Source of the DNA: a bacterium
Lineage (GTDB): Bacteria; Fidelibacterota; Fidelibacteria; Fidelibacterales; Fidelibacteraceae
DNA: 64,000 bases
NCBI GenBank assembly: GCA_963676395.1
Contig: OY781066.1
Coordinates: forward strand, 1,312,001-1,376,000
Direction of reading: 5' to 3'
The position numbers and the translations under genes were made by a program. The notes below the pieces were generated by a model. It made no database searches. It saw only the letters and a list, made by a program, of their open reading frames with translations, and had not been told where the DNA came from. The stretch's first letter is position 1. Each line of letters begins with the position of its first letter. Shown in pieces: positions 1 to 9,700 of the stretch.

Positions 1-969
1 TTTACCGCTATGATCGGCGATCCAACCGGTAAGAGTAAAACACGTCCTTCGCTTACACTTGAAGCCAGTAAGGAAAATGCACGTTCATATTTTGAACAAG
101 CCGGCATTGTGTTAAATCAGGATGATCTTGAAATCAGATATAACTCTGAATGGCTAGCTAAAATGAATTTTCGTGACGTGATTGAATTATCGGCTCACTA
201 TACCGTTGCACGAATGCTTGAGCGCGATGACTTTAACAAGCGCTATCATAATGGTGTTGCGATCTCAACTCATGAATTTTTATATCCTTTGGCTCAGGCT
301 TATGATTCAGTAGCAATAAAATCTGATATTGAATTGGGTGGTACCGATCAGAAATTTAATTTACTGGTAGGTCGGGATATTCAGCGCGAATATGGTTTGG
401 AGCCACAGTGTATATTGACCATGCCCATTCTTGAAGGTCTTGACGGAAAAGAAAAAATGTCCAAATCTTTAGATAACTATATTGGTCTTACAGATACCCC
501 CGAAGATATGTACGGTAAAACCGTTTCAATCGGCGATGATATGATTATTCGCTATTTGACTTTGGTTACCGATACGCCCGCAGCAGAAATTGCCGAATTT
601 GAAAAAGCTATGAAAGAAGGCGAAAATCCCCGTGATATTAAGCATGAACTTGCTCGCCGACTCGTTGAAAAGTATCATGATTCAGATGCGGCTCAACGCG
701 CTAAAGAGCATTTCGATAAAGTTCACGTCAAAAAAGAAATTCCCGACGATATTCCTGAATTCACCGTAACTGCCGATGATGTTTTTATTACAAAACTTAT
801 GGTTGAAAGCGGTTTGTCCCAGTCCGGTGGCGAAGCAAAACGACTTGTTGCACAAGGGGGCGTTTACCTGAATGGTGAGCGCGTGGTCACTCACAATAAT
901 CCCTTAGACATCAAGGATGGAGATATTCTTAAGGTAGGGAAACGAAAATTCCTTAAGCTAAAAAAATAG
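1..969 (+). CDS. tyrS: Tyrosyl-tRNA synthetase (5'-truncated by window edge)
   Basis: Frame open from base 1; IGDPTG, YPLAQAYD, GGTDQKFN and KMSKS class I motifs; C-terminal S4-like domain (KVGKRKF). Confidence 0.97.
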   Translation, partial: FTAMIGDPTGKSKTRPSLTLEASKENARSYFEQAGIVLNQDDLEIRYNSEWLAKMNFRDVIELSAHYTVARMLERDDFNKRYHNGVAISTHEFLYPLAQAYDSVAIKSDIELGGTDQKFNLLVGRDIQREYGLEPQCILTMPILEGLDGKEKMSKSLDNYIGLTDTPEDMYGKTVSIGDDMIIRYLTLVTDTPAAEIAEFEKAMKEGENPRDIKHELARRLVEKYHDSDAAQRAKEHFDKVHVKKEIPDDIPEFTVTADDVFITKLMVESGLSQSGGEAKRLVAQGGVYLNGERVVTHNNPLDIKDGDILKVGKRKFLKLKK

Positions 970-988
970 ATTAGAATAAGGGTCTATC

Positions 989-2401
989 ATGAAGTGGTCT
1001 CCACTTGCAGAAAGAGTTCATCAACTGCTAATGCGGAAGTCGTTGTTACGGCAAAATGATAAATTACTATTGGCGCTTTCAGGAGGACGTGATTCGGTTG
1101 CCTTGCTTTCAATTATGGTTGAGTTGAAGGATCATTGGAACTGGGAACTTATAGTGGGGCACATAGATCACAATCTTCGTCCGGGAGAAGATGAAAAAGA
1201 AGCTGCTTTATGTCGAGAGCTTGCTGAACAATTTAATTTAAAATATGTTGAAGAAACCGTAGATCTTCTATCTTCCTCCGCTAGGAAAAAATACCGAAAT
1301 AAAAGCAGTCAAAATCCCAGCATAGAATCCATTGCCAGGGAAGCTCGTTATGAGGTTTTTAAAAAGTGGGCAGAAGAATATCATTGTCACGCAATTTGTA
1401 GTGGGCATCACTTAAATGATCAGGCGGAAACTGTTCTCTATAGAATGTTGACAGGCTCGGGAGTTAAAGGCCTACTTGGTATTCCCGCTTCGAGAGATGT
1501 TTTTGTGCGACCTCTTTTGGAAATATCAAGAGAGGAATTATCTGACTATGTGAATAAAAAAAGACTGGGATATTTTGATGATCCCAGTAACAAAGAGCAA
1601 CGTTTTGTTCGGAATAAGATCCGACATGCCGTATTGCCTGCGCTTGTCGGCATGGGTTTTGATCATCCCGAAAAATCTTTAGCTGCAACCGCGGCGTCAT
1701 TGGAAGAAGCTTCTGTCGCTCTTGAACAGCTTTCAAATGAAAGCTATGAACGCATTGTTTCTTCTTCTGTAAAGGGTGTGAAAATTCGGACTAAGCACTT
1801 TGAGGAAATCCCGGAGTATATTCAAAAAAAGGTATTGAGACGGATTTTTGAAGAACAGTTTTCCGTCAATCAACATTTGTCTGAGAAACAATTGGACCAA
1901 TTGTTGGCATTTATTAAACATGCTGAACAGGGAGCTTCTACCGAATTATTGAATGTGAAATTATTGCAAGATAGAGATCAAATCACTTTTCCTTTTGAAA
2001 GTGGTGAAAAAATTTGTGAAAGCTTTATATGTAAACCCGATAAATTATCTATACTTGACAAAGAGTTGCGTATTGAAATAAAGGTTGCCAAGCAGGATCT
2101 AAGAACTCCTGATCAATTTGTTGCATATTTTTCTATAGATCTTCTGGGGGAAGAACTTGAGCTGCGTTCTTGGGAGAGCGGTGATAGTATGTCAATTTTT
2201 GGAGCCGGAAATAATAAAAAAGTTTCCGATATCCTGAAAGATGAAAAAGTGGGTGCGCTTGAAAAACAATCTTATCCTGTTTTGGTAAATAATAATAAGA
2301 TTATTTGGATCCCGGGTGTTAAGCGATCAAATGAGTTTACTGTTAATGATAATGATTTTGAAATGTTAGTGATTACATATAAACATGGGGAGATATCATG
2401 A
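989..2401 (+). CDS. tilS: tRNA(Ile)-lysidine synthetase
   Basis: PP-loop SGGRDS, HHLNDQAET, RPLL and RNKIR motifs; tilS-hpt-ftsH synteny. Confidence 0.95.
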   Translation: MKWSPLAERVHQLLMRKSLLRQNDKLLLALSGGRDSVALLSIMVELKDHWNWELIVGHIDHNLRPGEDEKEAALCRELAEQFNLKYVEETVDLLSSSARKKYRNKSSQNPSIESIAREARYEVFKKWAEEYHCHAICSGHHLNDQAETVLYRMLTGSGVKGLLGIPASRDVFVRPLLEISREELSDYVNKKRLGYFDDPSNKEQRFVRNKIRHAVLPALVGMGFDHPEKSLAATAASLEEASVALEQLSNESYERIVSSSVKGVKIRTKHFEEIPEYIQKKVLRRIFEEQFSVNQHLSEKQLDQLLAFIKHAEQGASTELLNVKLLQDRDQITFPFESGEKICESFICKPDKLSILDKELRIEIKVAKQDLRTPDQFVAYFSIDLLGEELELRSWESGDSMSIFGAGNNKKVSDILKDEKVGALEKQSYPVLVNNNKIIWIPGVKRSNEFTVNDNDFEMLVITYKHGEIS

Positions 2402-2958
2402 TAAAACAAACCCTAACCCTGGAGTATGGTGGGGAGTTTGACGGAAAAGAACTGGATTTGTTAATTTCTGATGAAGAGATTCAAGACAGAGTGCGAAAAC
2501 TAGGAAAAGAAATCACAAAAGATTACAAGAAAAAAGAAAAACCTCCAATTATGATCGGTGTTTTGAATGGAAGTTTTTATTTTATGGCTGATTTGTTACG
2601 AGCTATGGCAATTGAAGCCGAAATGGATTTTATAAAGATCGCTTCGTATGAACGGACCAAATCAACAGGTACGATCAGATTGATCAAAGATATTTCAGCT
2701 CAGATCACGGGAAGAGATATTATATTAGTCGAAGATATTGTTGATAGCGGTCTTTCAATTAATTTTTTAAGAAAGCATTTTGAAAACAGCTCACCGGCAT
2801 CAGTAAAAGTGGCAACCTTATTGTTTAAACGTGAAATCACTCAGGTAGAGGTAGAGCCGGAATACATAGGCTTTGATATCCCGGACCGCTTTGTTGTCGG
2901 TTATGGTTTGGATATTGAGCAGAGATATCGTCGTTTGCGCGATATTTATGCCATGTAG
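2398..2958 (+). CDS. hpt: Hypoxanthine phosphoribosyltransferase
   Basis: PRPP-binding LVEDIVDSG and FVVGYGLD motifs; ATGA overlap with tilS. Confidence 0.95.
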   Translation: MIKQTLTLEYGGEFDGKELDLLISDEEIQDRVRKLGKEITKDYKKKEKPPIMIGVLNGSFYFMADLLRAMAIEAEMDFIKIASYERTKSTGTIRLIKDISAQITGRDIILVEDIVDSGLSINFLRKHFENSSPASVKVATLLFKREITQVEVEPEYIGFDIPDRFVVGYGLDIEQRYRRLRDIYAM

Positions 2959-2985
2959 GATTGTACGTGTTTATGAATTTTAATT

Positions 2986-3013
2986 GAAGGGGTACAAAAC
3001 TTTGCGCCCCTAC
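2986..3013 (-). repeat. GTAG-tagged REP-like imperfect palindrome
   Basis: Minus strand reads GTAGGGGCGCAAAGTTTTGTACCCCTTC; intergenic, just after hpt. Confidence 0.5.
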
Positions 3014-3253
3014 GCGTATGATTTCAAGGTCATAGATGTTTGTTTAAATTTATAAAAAACGAAAACCTTCAATATAGACTATCTTTTATATCCTGCTTGC
3101 TTGTGGTAGCTCGAAGGATGATAATAGAAGTGAAAAACATTAAATATCCTGTTGTTTTGTCAAAAGTTATCCTGCTTACATCAAAAAAAGCCAATAAAAT
3201 GGAACATAATCCACTAAAGACATTGTATATTAATAGGATGTAAAGGAGAATAT

Positions 3254-5206
3254 ATGTACAAACGTTTTTATAGCAGTCCCAACGGAAATCCGGACGACAA
3301 AAAAGATATTAAAAAACCCTCAAAAGGTCCCGACTTTAAAGGTTCGACAAAAGTTCCCAAAACACCACTGGTATGGATAGGATTGATTATCGTTATTCTT
3401 ATCCTTGCGCAGGTATTTGGAACCGCAACAGCCCCCGGGGAAATGAGGCTTACATACACTCAGTTTAATGATTATCTTCAAGAAGGCAAGATTGCCAATG
3501 GTGTTTTTGAAGGTACGGCAATGACGGGTGAGTTTAAGAATCCTGTCGCAGAATATGCGAATGGTAAAGAGAATCTCTATAAACGATACAGAGTAACGAT
3601 TCTTCATCTTGATACGGAGCTACTAAAACAGTGGGATGATGCCGGTTTAAGTTATGAGTTCGTAGAGCCAAGTATAGGTTTTGGTGATGTTTTAGTTAAT
3701 GTTTTGCCCTGGATCATCATTTTAGGTGTTTGGATCGTGCTGATGCGCCGTATGTCCGGTAATCGTGGTGGACAAGGTGGTGGAAATATTTTTTCATTCG
3801 GAAATCAAAATCCTGCAAAGAAATTTAATCCCGAAAATTCAAAGATTACATTTAAAGATGTTGCCGGATGTAATGAGGCTAAAGAAGAGCTTGAAGAGAT
3901 TATTGATTTTTTAAAGAGCCCTGAACGCTTTCAAAGACTTGGCGGGCGTATCCCGCGTGGTGCTTTATTGTTAGGCCCTCCAGGAACAGGAAAAACTCTA
4001 TTGGCAAAAGCTGTTGCCGGAGAAGCAAAGGTACCTTTCTTTAGTATTTCAGGTGCTGATTTTGTAGAAATGTTTGTGGGTGTTGGTGCTTCTCGAGTAC
4101 GCGGCTTGTTTGAACAGGCATTGAAGAATTCTCCATCAATCGTGTTTATTGATGAAATCGATGCTGTTGGTCGCCAACGTGGTGCTGGTTTAGGTGGTGG
4201 ACATGATGAACGTGAGCAGACCTTGAATCAGCTTCTGGTACAAATGGATGGATTTAATTCCGATGCGTCGGTGATTGTGATCGCGGCAACCAACCGTCCT
4301 GATATTTTGGATTCTGCGTTACTTCGTCCCGGACGTTTTGATCGTCAGATCGTTGTGGACGTGCCGGATGCAAATGGACGAGAAAAGATCCTGAAAGTTC
4401 ATGCCAAGAACATTAAATTGTCAACAAAAGTGGATCTTAAAACTTTAGCAAAAGGTACTCCCGGTATGGTGGGAGCCGATTTGGCAAACTTGATCAACGA
4501 AGCGGCTCTCTTGGCGGCTCGTAAAAATCGTCGTTCAGTCTTTTTGGAAGATCTTGAAGAAGCAAAAGATAAAGTGATGATGGGTGCGGCAAGAAAATCT
4601 ATGTTGTTAAGTGATACGGATCGTAAAACAACGGCCATTCATGAAGCGGGTCATGCCTTGATTGGCTTGTTGTTAAAAGATGCTGATCCGGTTCACAAAG
4701 TTAGTATTATTCCTCGTGGTCGCGCATTGGGTGTTACTCATATGCTACCGGAGGTTGATAAACACAATTATTCCAAGAGTTATATCCTTGCACAACTCCA
4801 GGTAATGATGGGGGGGCGTGTAGCAGAACAATTAGCTATCGGTGACATTACAACCGGAGCAAGCAATGATATAGAACGCGCTACAGATATGGCTCGCCGC
4901 ATGGTTTGTGAATGGGGTATGAGTGATGAGTTAGGTGTAACGGCTTTTGGTTCTAAATCTAATGAAGTTTTTATTGGTAGAGACTTTGGAACAACCAAAA
5001 ATTATTCTGAAGCCACTGCCCAAAAGATTGATCAAGAAGTACAGCGTCTTGTATCGGAGGCCTATGAATCGGCCAAAAAATTGCTAAAAGATAATTTTAA
5101 AGTATTACAAGCCATCGCAGATGCTTTGTTGGATGTTGAAACACTTGATAGCGAAAAGTTGGAAAAAGTTGCTGTAGATAATGGCATAAGCATAAAGAAA
5201 AAATAG
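3254..5206 (+). CDS. ftsH: ATP-dependent zinc metalloprotease FtsH
   Basis: Two N-terminal TM segments, Walker [26 protein letters not shown] zinc motif; AAGGAG RBS. Confidence 0.98.
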   Translation: MYKRFYSSPNGNPDDKKDIKKPSKGPDFKGSTKVPKTPLVWIGLIIVILILAQVFGTATAPGEMRLTYTQFNDYLQEGKIANGVFEGTAMTGEFKNPVAEYANGKENLYKRYRVTILHLDTELLKQWDDAGLSYEFVEPSIGFGDVLVNVLPWIIILGVWIVLMRRMSGNRGGQGGGNIFSFGNQNPAKKFNPENSKITFKDVAGCNEAKEELEEIIDFLKSPERFQRLGGRIPRGALLLGPPGTGKTLLAKAVAGEAKVPFFSISGADFVEMFVGVGASRVRGLFEQALKNSPSIVFIDEIDAVGRQRGAGLGGGHDEREQTLNQLLVQMDGFNSDASVIVIAATNRPDILDSALLRPGRFDRQIVVDVPDANGREKILKVHAKNIKLSTKVDLKTLAKGTPGMVGADLANLINEAALLAARKNRRSVFLEDLEEAKDKVMMGAARKSMLLSDTDRKTTAIHEAGHALIGLLLKDADPVHKVSIIPRGRALGVTHMLPEVDKHNYSKSYILAQLQVMMGGRVAEQLAIGDITTGASNDIERATDMARRMVCEWGMSDELGVTAFGSKSNEVFIGRDFGTTKNYSEATAQKIDQEVQRLVSEAYESAKKLLKDNFKVLQAIADALLDVETLDSEKLEKVAVDNGISIKKK

Positions 5207-5232
5207 AATCTTTGAATAGTTGGGGATGAGAT

Positions 5233-6018
5233 ATGCTGCCCTTGATCATGGGGATTTTGAATGTCACGCCGGATTCGTTTAGTGATGGCGGTCAATTTTG
5301 CGCGAAAGCGCAGGCAATAGCTCATGCTGAAAAAATGTTCAAAGAGGGTGCGGATATTATAGATGTCGGTGGTGAATCCACAAGACCCGGTGCCGATCCG
5401 GTAAGTTTACAGGAAGAATTGGACCGGGTATTGCCCGTTCTGGAAGAATTGGTAAAATGGGATGTGCAAATATCTATAGATACCAGCAAGTCTCAAGTTG
5501 CCAAGGAAGCTTTGGAATTAGGTGTGGATATTGTCAACGATATTTCCGCTTTGACATTTGAAGAAAAAATTGCTGACTATGTTGCAAAATATAATGCAAA
5601 ATTGGTCTTGATGCACATGCGGGGGAGGCCCAAAACGATGCAAAATGATCTGCCGAAGATTAATATGCTTTCGGAAGTGTCGTTGTTTTTATGTGCTCAG
5701 GCTAAAAAAGCTGAGAAATGCGGTGTGCAAAAGAATAATATTATTCTTGATCCGGGTATTGGCTTTGGCAAAAGTCTTGAAGATAATATTGATCTATTGA
5801 GAGATATTGAGTCATTAAAATCTTTGGGTTATCCGCTTTTAATTGGTGCGTCCAGAAAATCAATGATCAATATGATCTCTGAATCAGATGTAAGCGAACG
5901 ACTTCCGGGATCGCTTGCGATTGCGTGCCTTTGTGCACAGCGTGGAGCTGATATTTTAAGAGTGCATGATGTGGCAGAAACTTTTCAGGCACTTAAGGTG
6001 GCAGAAAGATTATGGTAG
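5233..6018 (+). CDS. folP: Dihydropteroate synthase
   Basis: MGILNVTPDSFSDGG, GGESTRPG, DPGIGFGK, SRKS and RVHDV motifs. Confidence 0.97.
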   Translation: MLPLIMGILNVTPDSFSDGGQFCAKAQAIAHAEKMFKEGADIIDVGGESTRPGADPVSLQEELDRVLPVLEELVKWDVQISIDTSKSQVAKEALELGVDIVNDISALTFEEKIADYVAKYNAKLVLMHMRGRPKTMQNDLPKINMLSEVSLFLCAQAKKAEKCGVQKNNIILDPGIGFGKSLEDNIDLLRDIESLKSLGYPLLIGASRKSMINMISESDVSERLPGSLAIACLCAQRGADILRVHDVAETFQALKVAERLW

Positions 6019-6776
6019 AATTGTTTAACATTGGAGTGATCAGTGTTACCTTGATGGATATCATTGATATTGTTGTCGTGGGTTTTGTTTTTTATGGCGC
6101 ATATTTGCTTTTTAGAAACACACGTGCTTCACAAATGCTATATGGAATGATTGCCATAGCGTTATTGGGTTTTGTTGCGCATTTATTGGATTTTAAAGCA
6201 ACTGCATGGCTGTTTGAAAAACTTGCTACCGTATGGGTGATTTTGTTTATTATTTTATTTCAACCTGAGCTAAGAAGGATATTATTGTATGTTGGGCAAA
6301 ATTCTCTTTTACGTTGGTTGTCAAAATCAGAAAACAGCAAGGTAGAAGAAATTATTCATTCAGCTTTTGAAGTCAAGAAAGCAGGTCTTGGCGCCCTAAT
6401 GGTTATTATACGTGACAGTGGACTTAAATCTATAGTTGAACGTGGTGTTAAGATAAATGCCATTGTTAATACAGATTTGATCTTGTCGATTTTTAATACA
6501 AGTTCACCACTACATGATGGTGCGATTATTATACATGAAGATAGAATTTTAGCAGCCAAATGTATTTTACCTTTAAGTGAAAATATTGAACTGGATCCTA
6601 CGATCGGTACCCGACATTTAGCTGGCTTAGGTTTATCGGAAGAAAGTGATGCAATGGTAATTGTTGTGTCTGAAGAAAAGGCAAAGATATCTATAGCCTA
6701 TCAAGGAAAATTAAAACGGGATTTAAATGAAGATGAACTGCGGACATCGCTATATACCTATTTGTCGAATCGCTAA
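6012..6776 (+). CDS. cdaA: Diadenylate cyclase, CdaA/DacA type
   Basis: Three N-terminal TM helices, FQPELRR, SPLHDGA, GTRHLA (RHR motif variant), VVSEE. Confidence 0.9.
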   Translation: MVELFNIGVISVTLMDIIDIVVVGFVFYGAYLLFRNTRASQMLYGMIAIALLGFVAHLLDFKATAWLFEKLATVWVILFIILFQPELRRILLYVGQNSLLRWLSKSENSKVEEIIHSAFEVKKAGLGALMVIIRDSGLKSIVERGVKINAIVNTDLILSIFNTSSPLHDGAIIIHEDRILAAKCILPLSENIELDPTIGTRHLAGLGLSEESDAMVIVVSEEKAKISIAYQGKLKRDLNEDELRTSLYTYLSNR

Positions 6777-9700
6777 AGCTATTCTTGTTTTCACTTTTAT
6801 TAGTGTTATAACGTTGTTTTCTGCAACGATGGATGTCGACAACAAAAACACATCTTTAAACCTTTCCTGGCGTTTAGACAGTGCTGATCTTGAAGCTTTT
6901 TTAAATACGGGTAGCTTTGATAATGAAAATGTGACCAGTATATACTTTGAAGGAAGATATTATCCCTATTATTCTGTTATCCTGGAAAATCAAAGTTCCG
7001 ATATTGTACCTCGACTCAGTGTTAAAAACAGTCAAGTAGTTCAATTACCGGTTTTAAGTGAAAACTTAGATGATATACCCACTCATGCTGTTGATAATGT
7101 TGATGTCCTGACATTTCGTGACCATATACAGGTTCAGAATATTCCCGGTATTGGCACATTGGTGGAAATTATGCCGCTTTTACCTTTGGAAGGTGGTCGT
7201 GTAAAATGTTTAAATAATGCAGAGATCCAAATCTTTTCCGCCAGTGGCACCTTAAGGTTTGCAAATGATTTAAATAGAGAATTATCACAGCTTTCAAAAA
7301 TTAACTTGCGTCAAGAGTTAGCTCAAGATTATTGTGTGATATATTTTTCGGAACCCGGGGTCTATCGCATCAGTGGTCAGGATCTGATTGATAAAAATGT
7401 AGATATTGCAGGTATTTCCCCCGACCAAATTAAACTTCATCGCTGGGGAAGAGAAATACCCTGTTATGTAAGTTCCGGCAATAATAAGGGAACGGAAATA
7501 TTTACCGAAACGGATATTGTTCAATTTTATATACCGGAATTAGAAAATCCATACGGTGATTATAAATACAATCCATTTAGTGATTATGATGCACTTATTA
7601 TGTCTTGGGGCGAAGGAAATGGCAAACGTTATATTCAAGAGAATTCCGATTTTTCAGATGATCCGAATAAGTTTACTTACGACATGAACCGAAAATTTAG
7701 AAGTACAATTCATGTTGAGGAAAATCAAACCGTTCAGCCTTTAGCCCGTTTGCATGAAGATGAGCTATCACATTTATTAGAACACCGTTTTTATTCACCA
7801 TCAATAAAAGTAGGGCGGAGCATACGTTATCCATTTGAAATTTTTGACCCGGTGAATGATTCACCTTATGATGTTGAATACCGCATTAGAATGCAGGGTT
7901 TAACTTATTCTGTAGATGATGAAATGGATCATCAGATTATTGTTAAGGTAAATAATGTGGAAGCTTTTTCAGATGAATGGGAAGGTCAGCAACCAAGGAT
8001 ATCTGACAATGAAGGACTGCAATATTCACACTCGTATTTGAATGATGGAGAAAATGAGTTTGAGATATCAGTCCGTGGATTTGGTGATGATAGCTTTCTG
8101 GATGACCAGGTATTACTTGATTGGTTTGAGGTGAGTTACGATCGCTATATGATAGCGCATAATAATCGCTTAAAGTTTTCACCTCAACATGGTGCTGGAA
8201 CATATATGTTTCAGGTAAAGGGTTTAAGTTCTCCACAGGACATTATGATTTTGAAAAACGGAACAAACTGGATCCGTGGATACCTGGTAAATGAGGAAGA
8301 TGCAGAAGGAGCTGAAAAAACATATACGATTTATTTCGAAGATCAGTGTAACGGCAATGAAGAGTACTTGGTAGTAGGCCCCGGAAAAGAAGATGATATA
8401 AGCTATGGTGTAGCAACAATTGACAGCTTTAGATATGTAAACACACTCGAGAATGAGTTGTATAATTCTTCAGATCAAGGTGATTATTTGATCATCACCC
8501 ACAAAGAATTTTACGAAAAATCAAAAGATCTCGCGGCTCATAAGCAAAGTATTGGCTATGATCCGGCCATATATGAACTTGAAAGGATCTATGATGAATA
8601 TAATTATGGGAATGAAAGTCCTTATGCTATAAAGAATTTTTTAAAAGACGCCTATTACAATTGGAGCATCAAACCTGAATACGTTTTGTTGGTCGGTGAC
8701 GTTGGAACCAAAAATTCTGTTCCGGTCATTTATTATCAATCGGTAGGAGACAGGGGAGCGGTTATCGCTGAGAGCTGGTATGCCGATCTTGATGACGATT
8801 TTATGCTGGATTTCTCTTTGGGTCGTTTACCTATAAGTAACACTGAAGAATTAGATAGTACAATTAAAAAGATCAAAGCATATGATAATATGGTATTTCC
8901 TCGCCAAATGAATAGGGTGGTGACGCTTACCGGAACAGGGAGTGTATTTAGATCGCAAGCTCAGGATTATATCAACACGATCTCTCCAGATTATCTTCAA
9001 AATGATCGTTTGTATTTATATAATTCAGGAGTCAGTGGTGATTTTGACCAAGGTGTTAATTCCACAGATAGTTTAATTGAATACATGAATGACGGTATTT
9101 TGTGTTTGAATTATATTGGCCATGGGAGCGGCCTAACCTGGGATAATCATGTTCTGCCTTATGAGGCTTTTGATGATTTTGTTTCTGGTAAACCCTATAT
9201 AATTAATTCAATGACCTGTTTTTCCAATACATTTTCGAATAATAATGCGATCGGAGAGCAGTTTATTCGACATCCGCGTGGTGGTGTGTCGATTTTTGGT
9301 TCAACCGGTTATGGGTGGATAAATTCCAATCATTTCCTTTTGAAACAAGTCATGGGAAATATGTTATATAAAAACATGTCTCATGGAAAAGCCATGCAAT
9401 TTGCTTTGGCAAACTATTTCTTCTCTTCCTATGGCAAGAATGCCAGTTTTATTGATGAACTTGATGGCGTTAATTATGTTAAGTATTTTAGAAAAGCTCT
9501 TTTTTATCAATTCTGTATATTAGGTGATCCTTCTTCAACATTTCCTCTTCTTGACCGGGAAGAAAGTATTGTTATATCACCCAATAGGATTGGTTCCGGG
9601 GAAACACTAAGTATCAGTTCTCCCGACAATTACACTCATGCATATGTTGATATCGTCGGGGCAAAGAATAATGACAGCAAGTATCCTTTGAAACAGAAGG

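Noticed and set aside
3040..3243. 67-aa ORF upstream of ftsH
   Set aside because: TTG start, no RBS, no recognisable motif; spans the probable ftsH promoter region.
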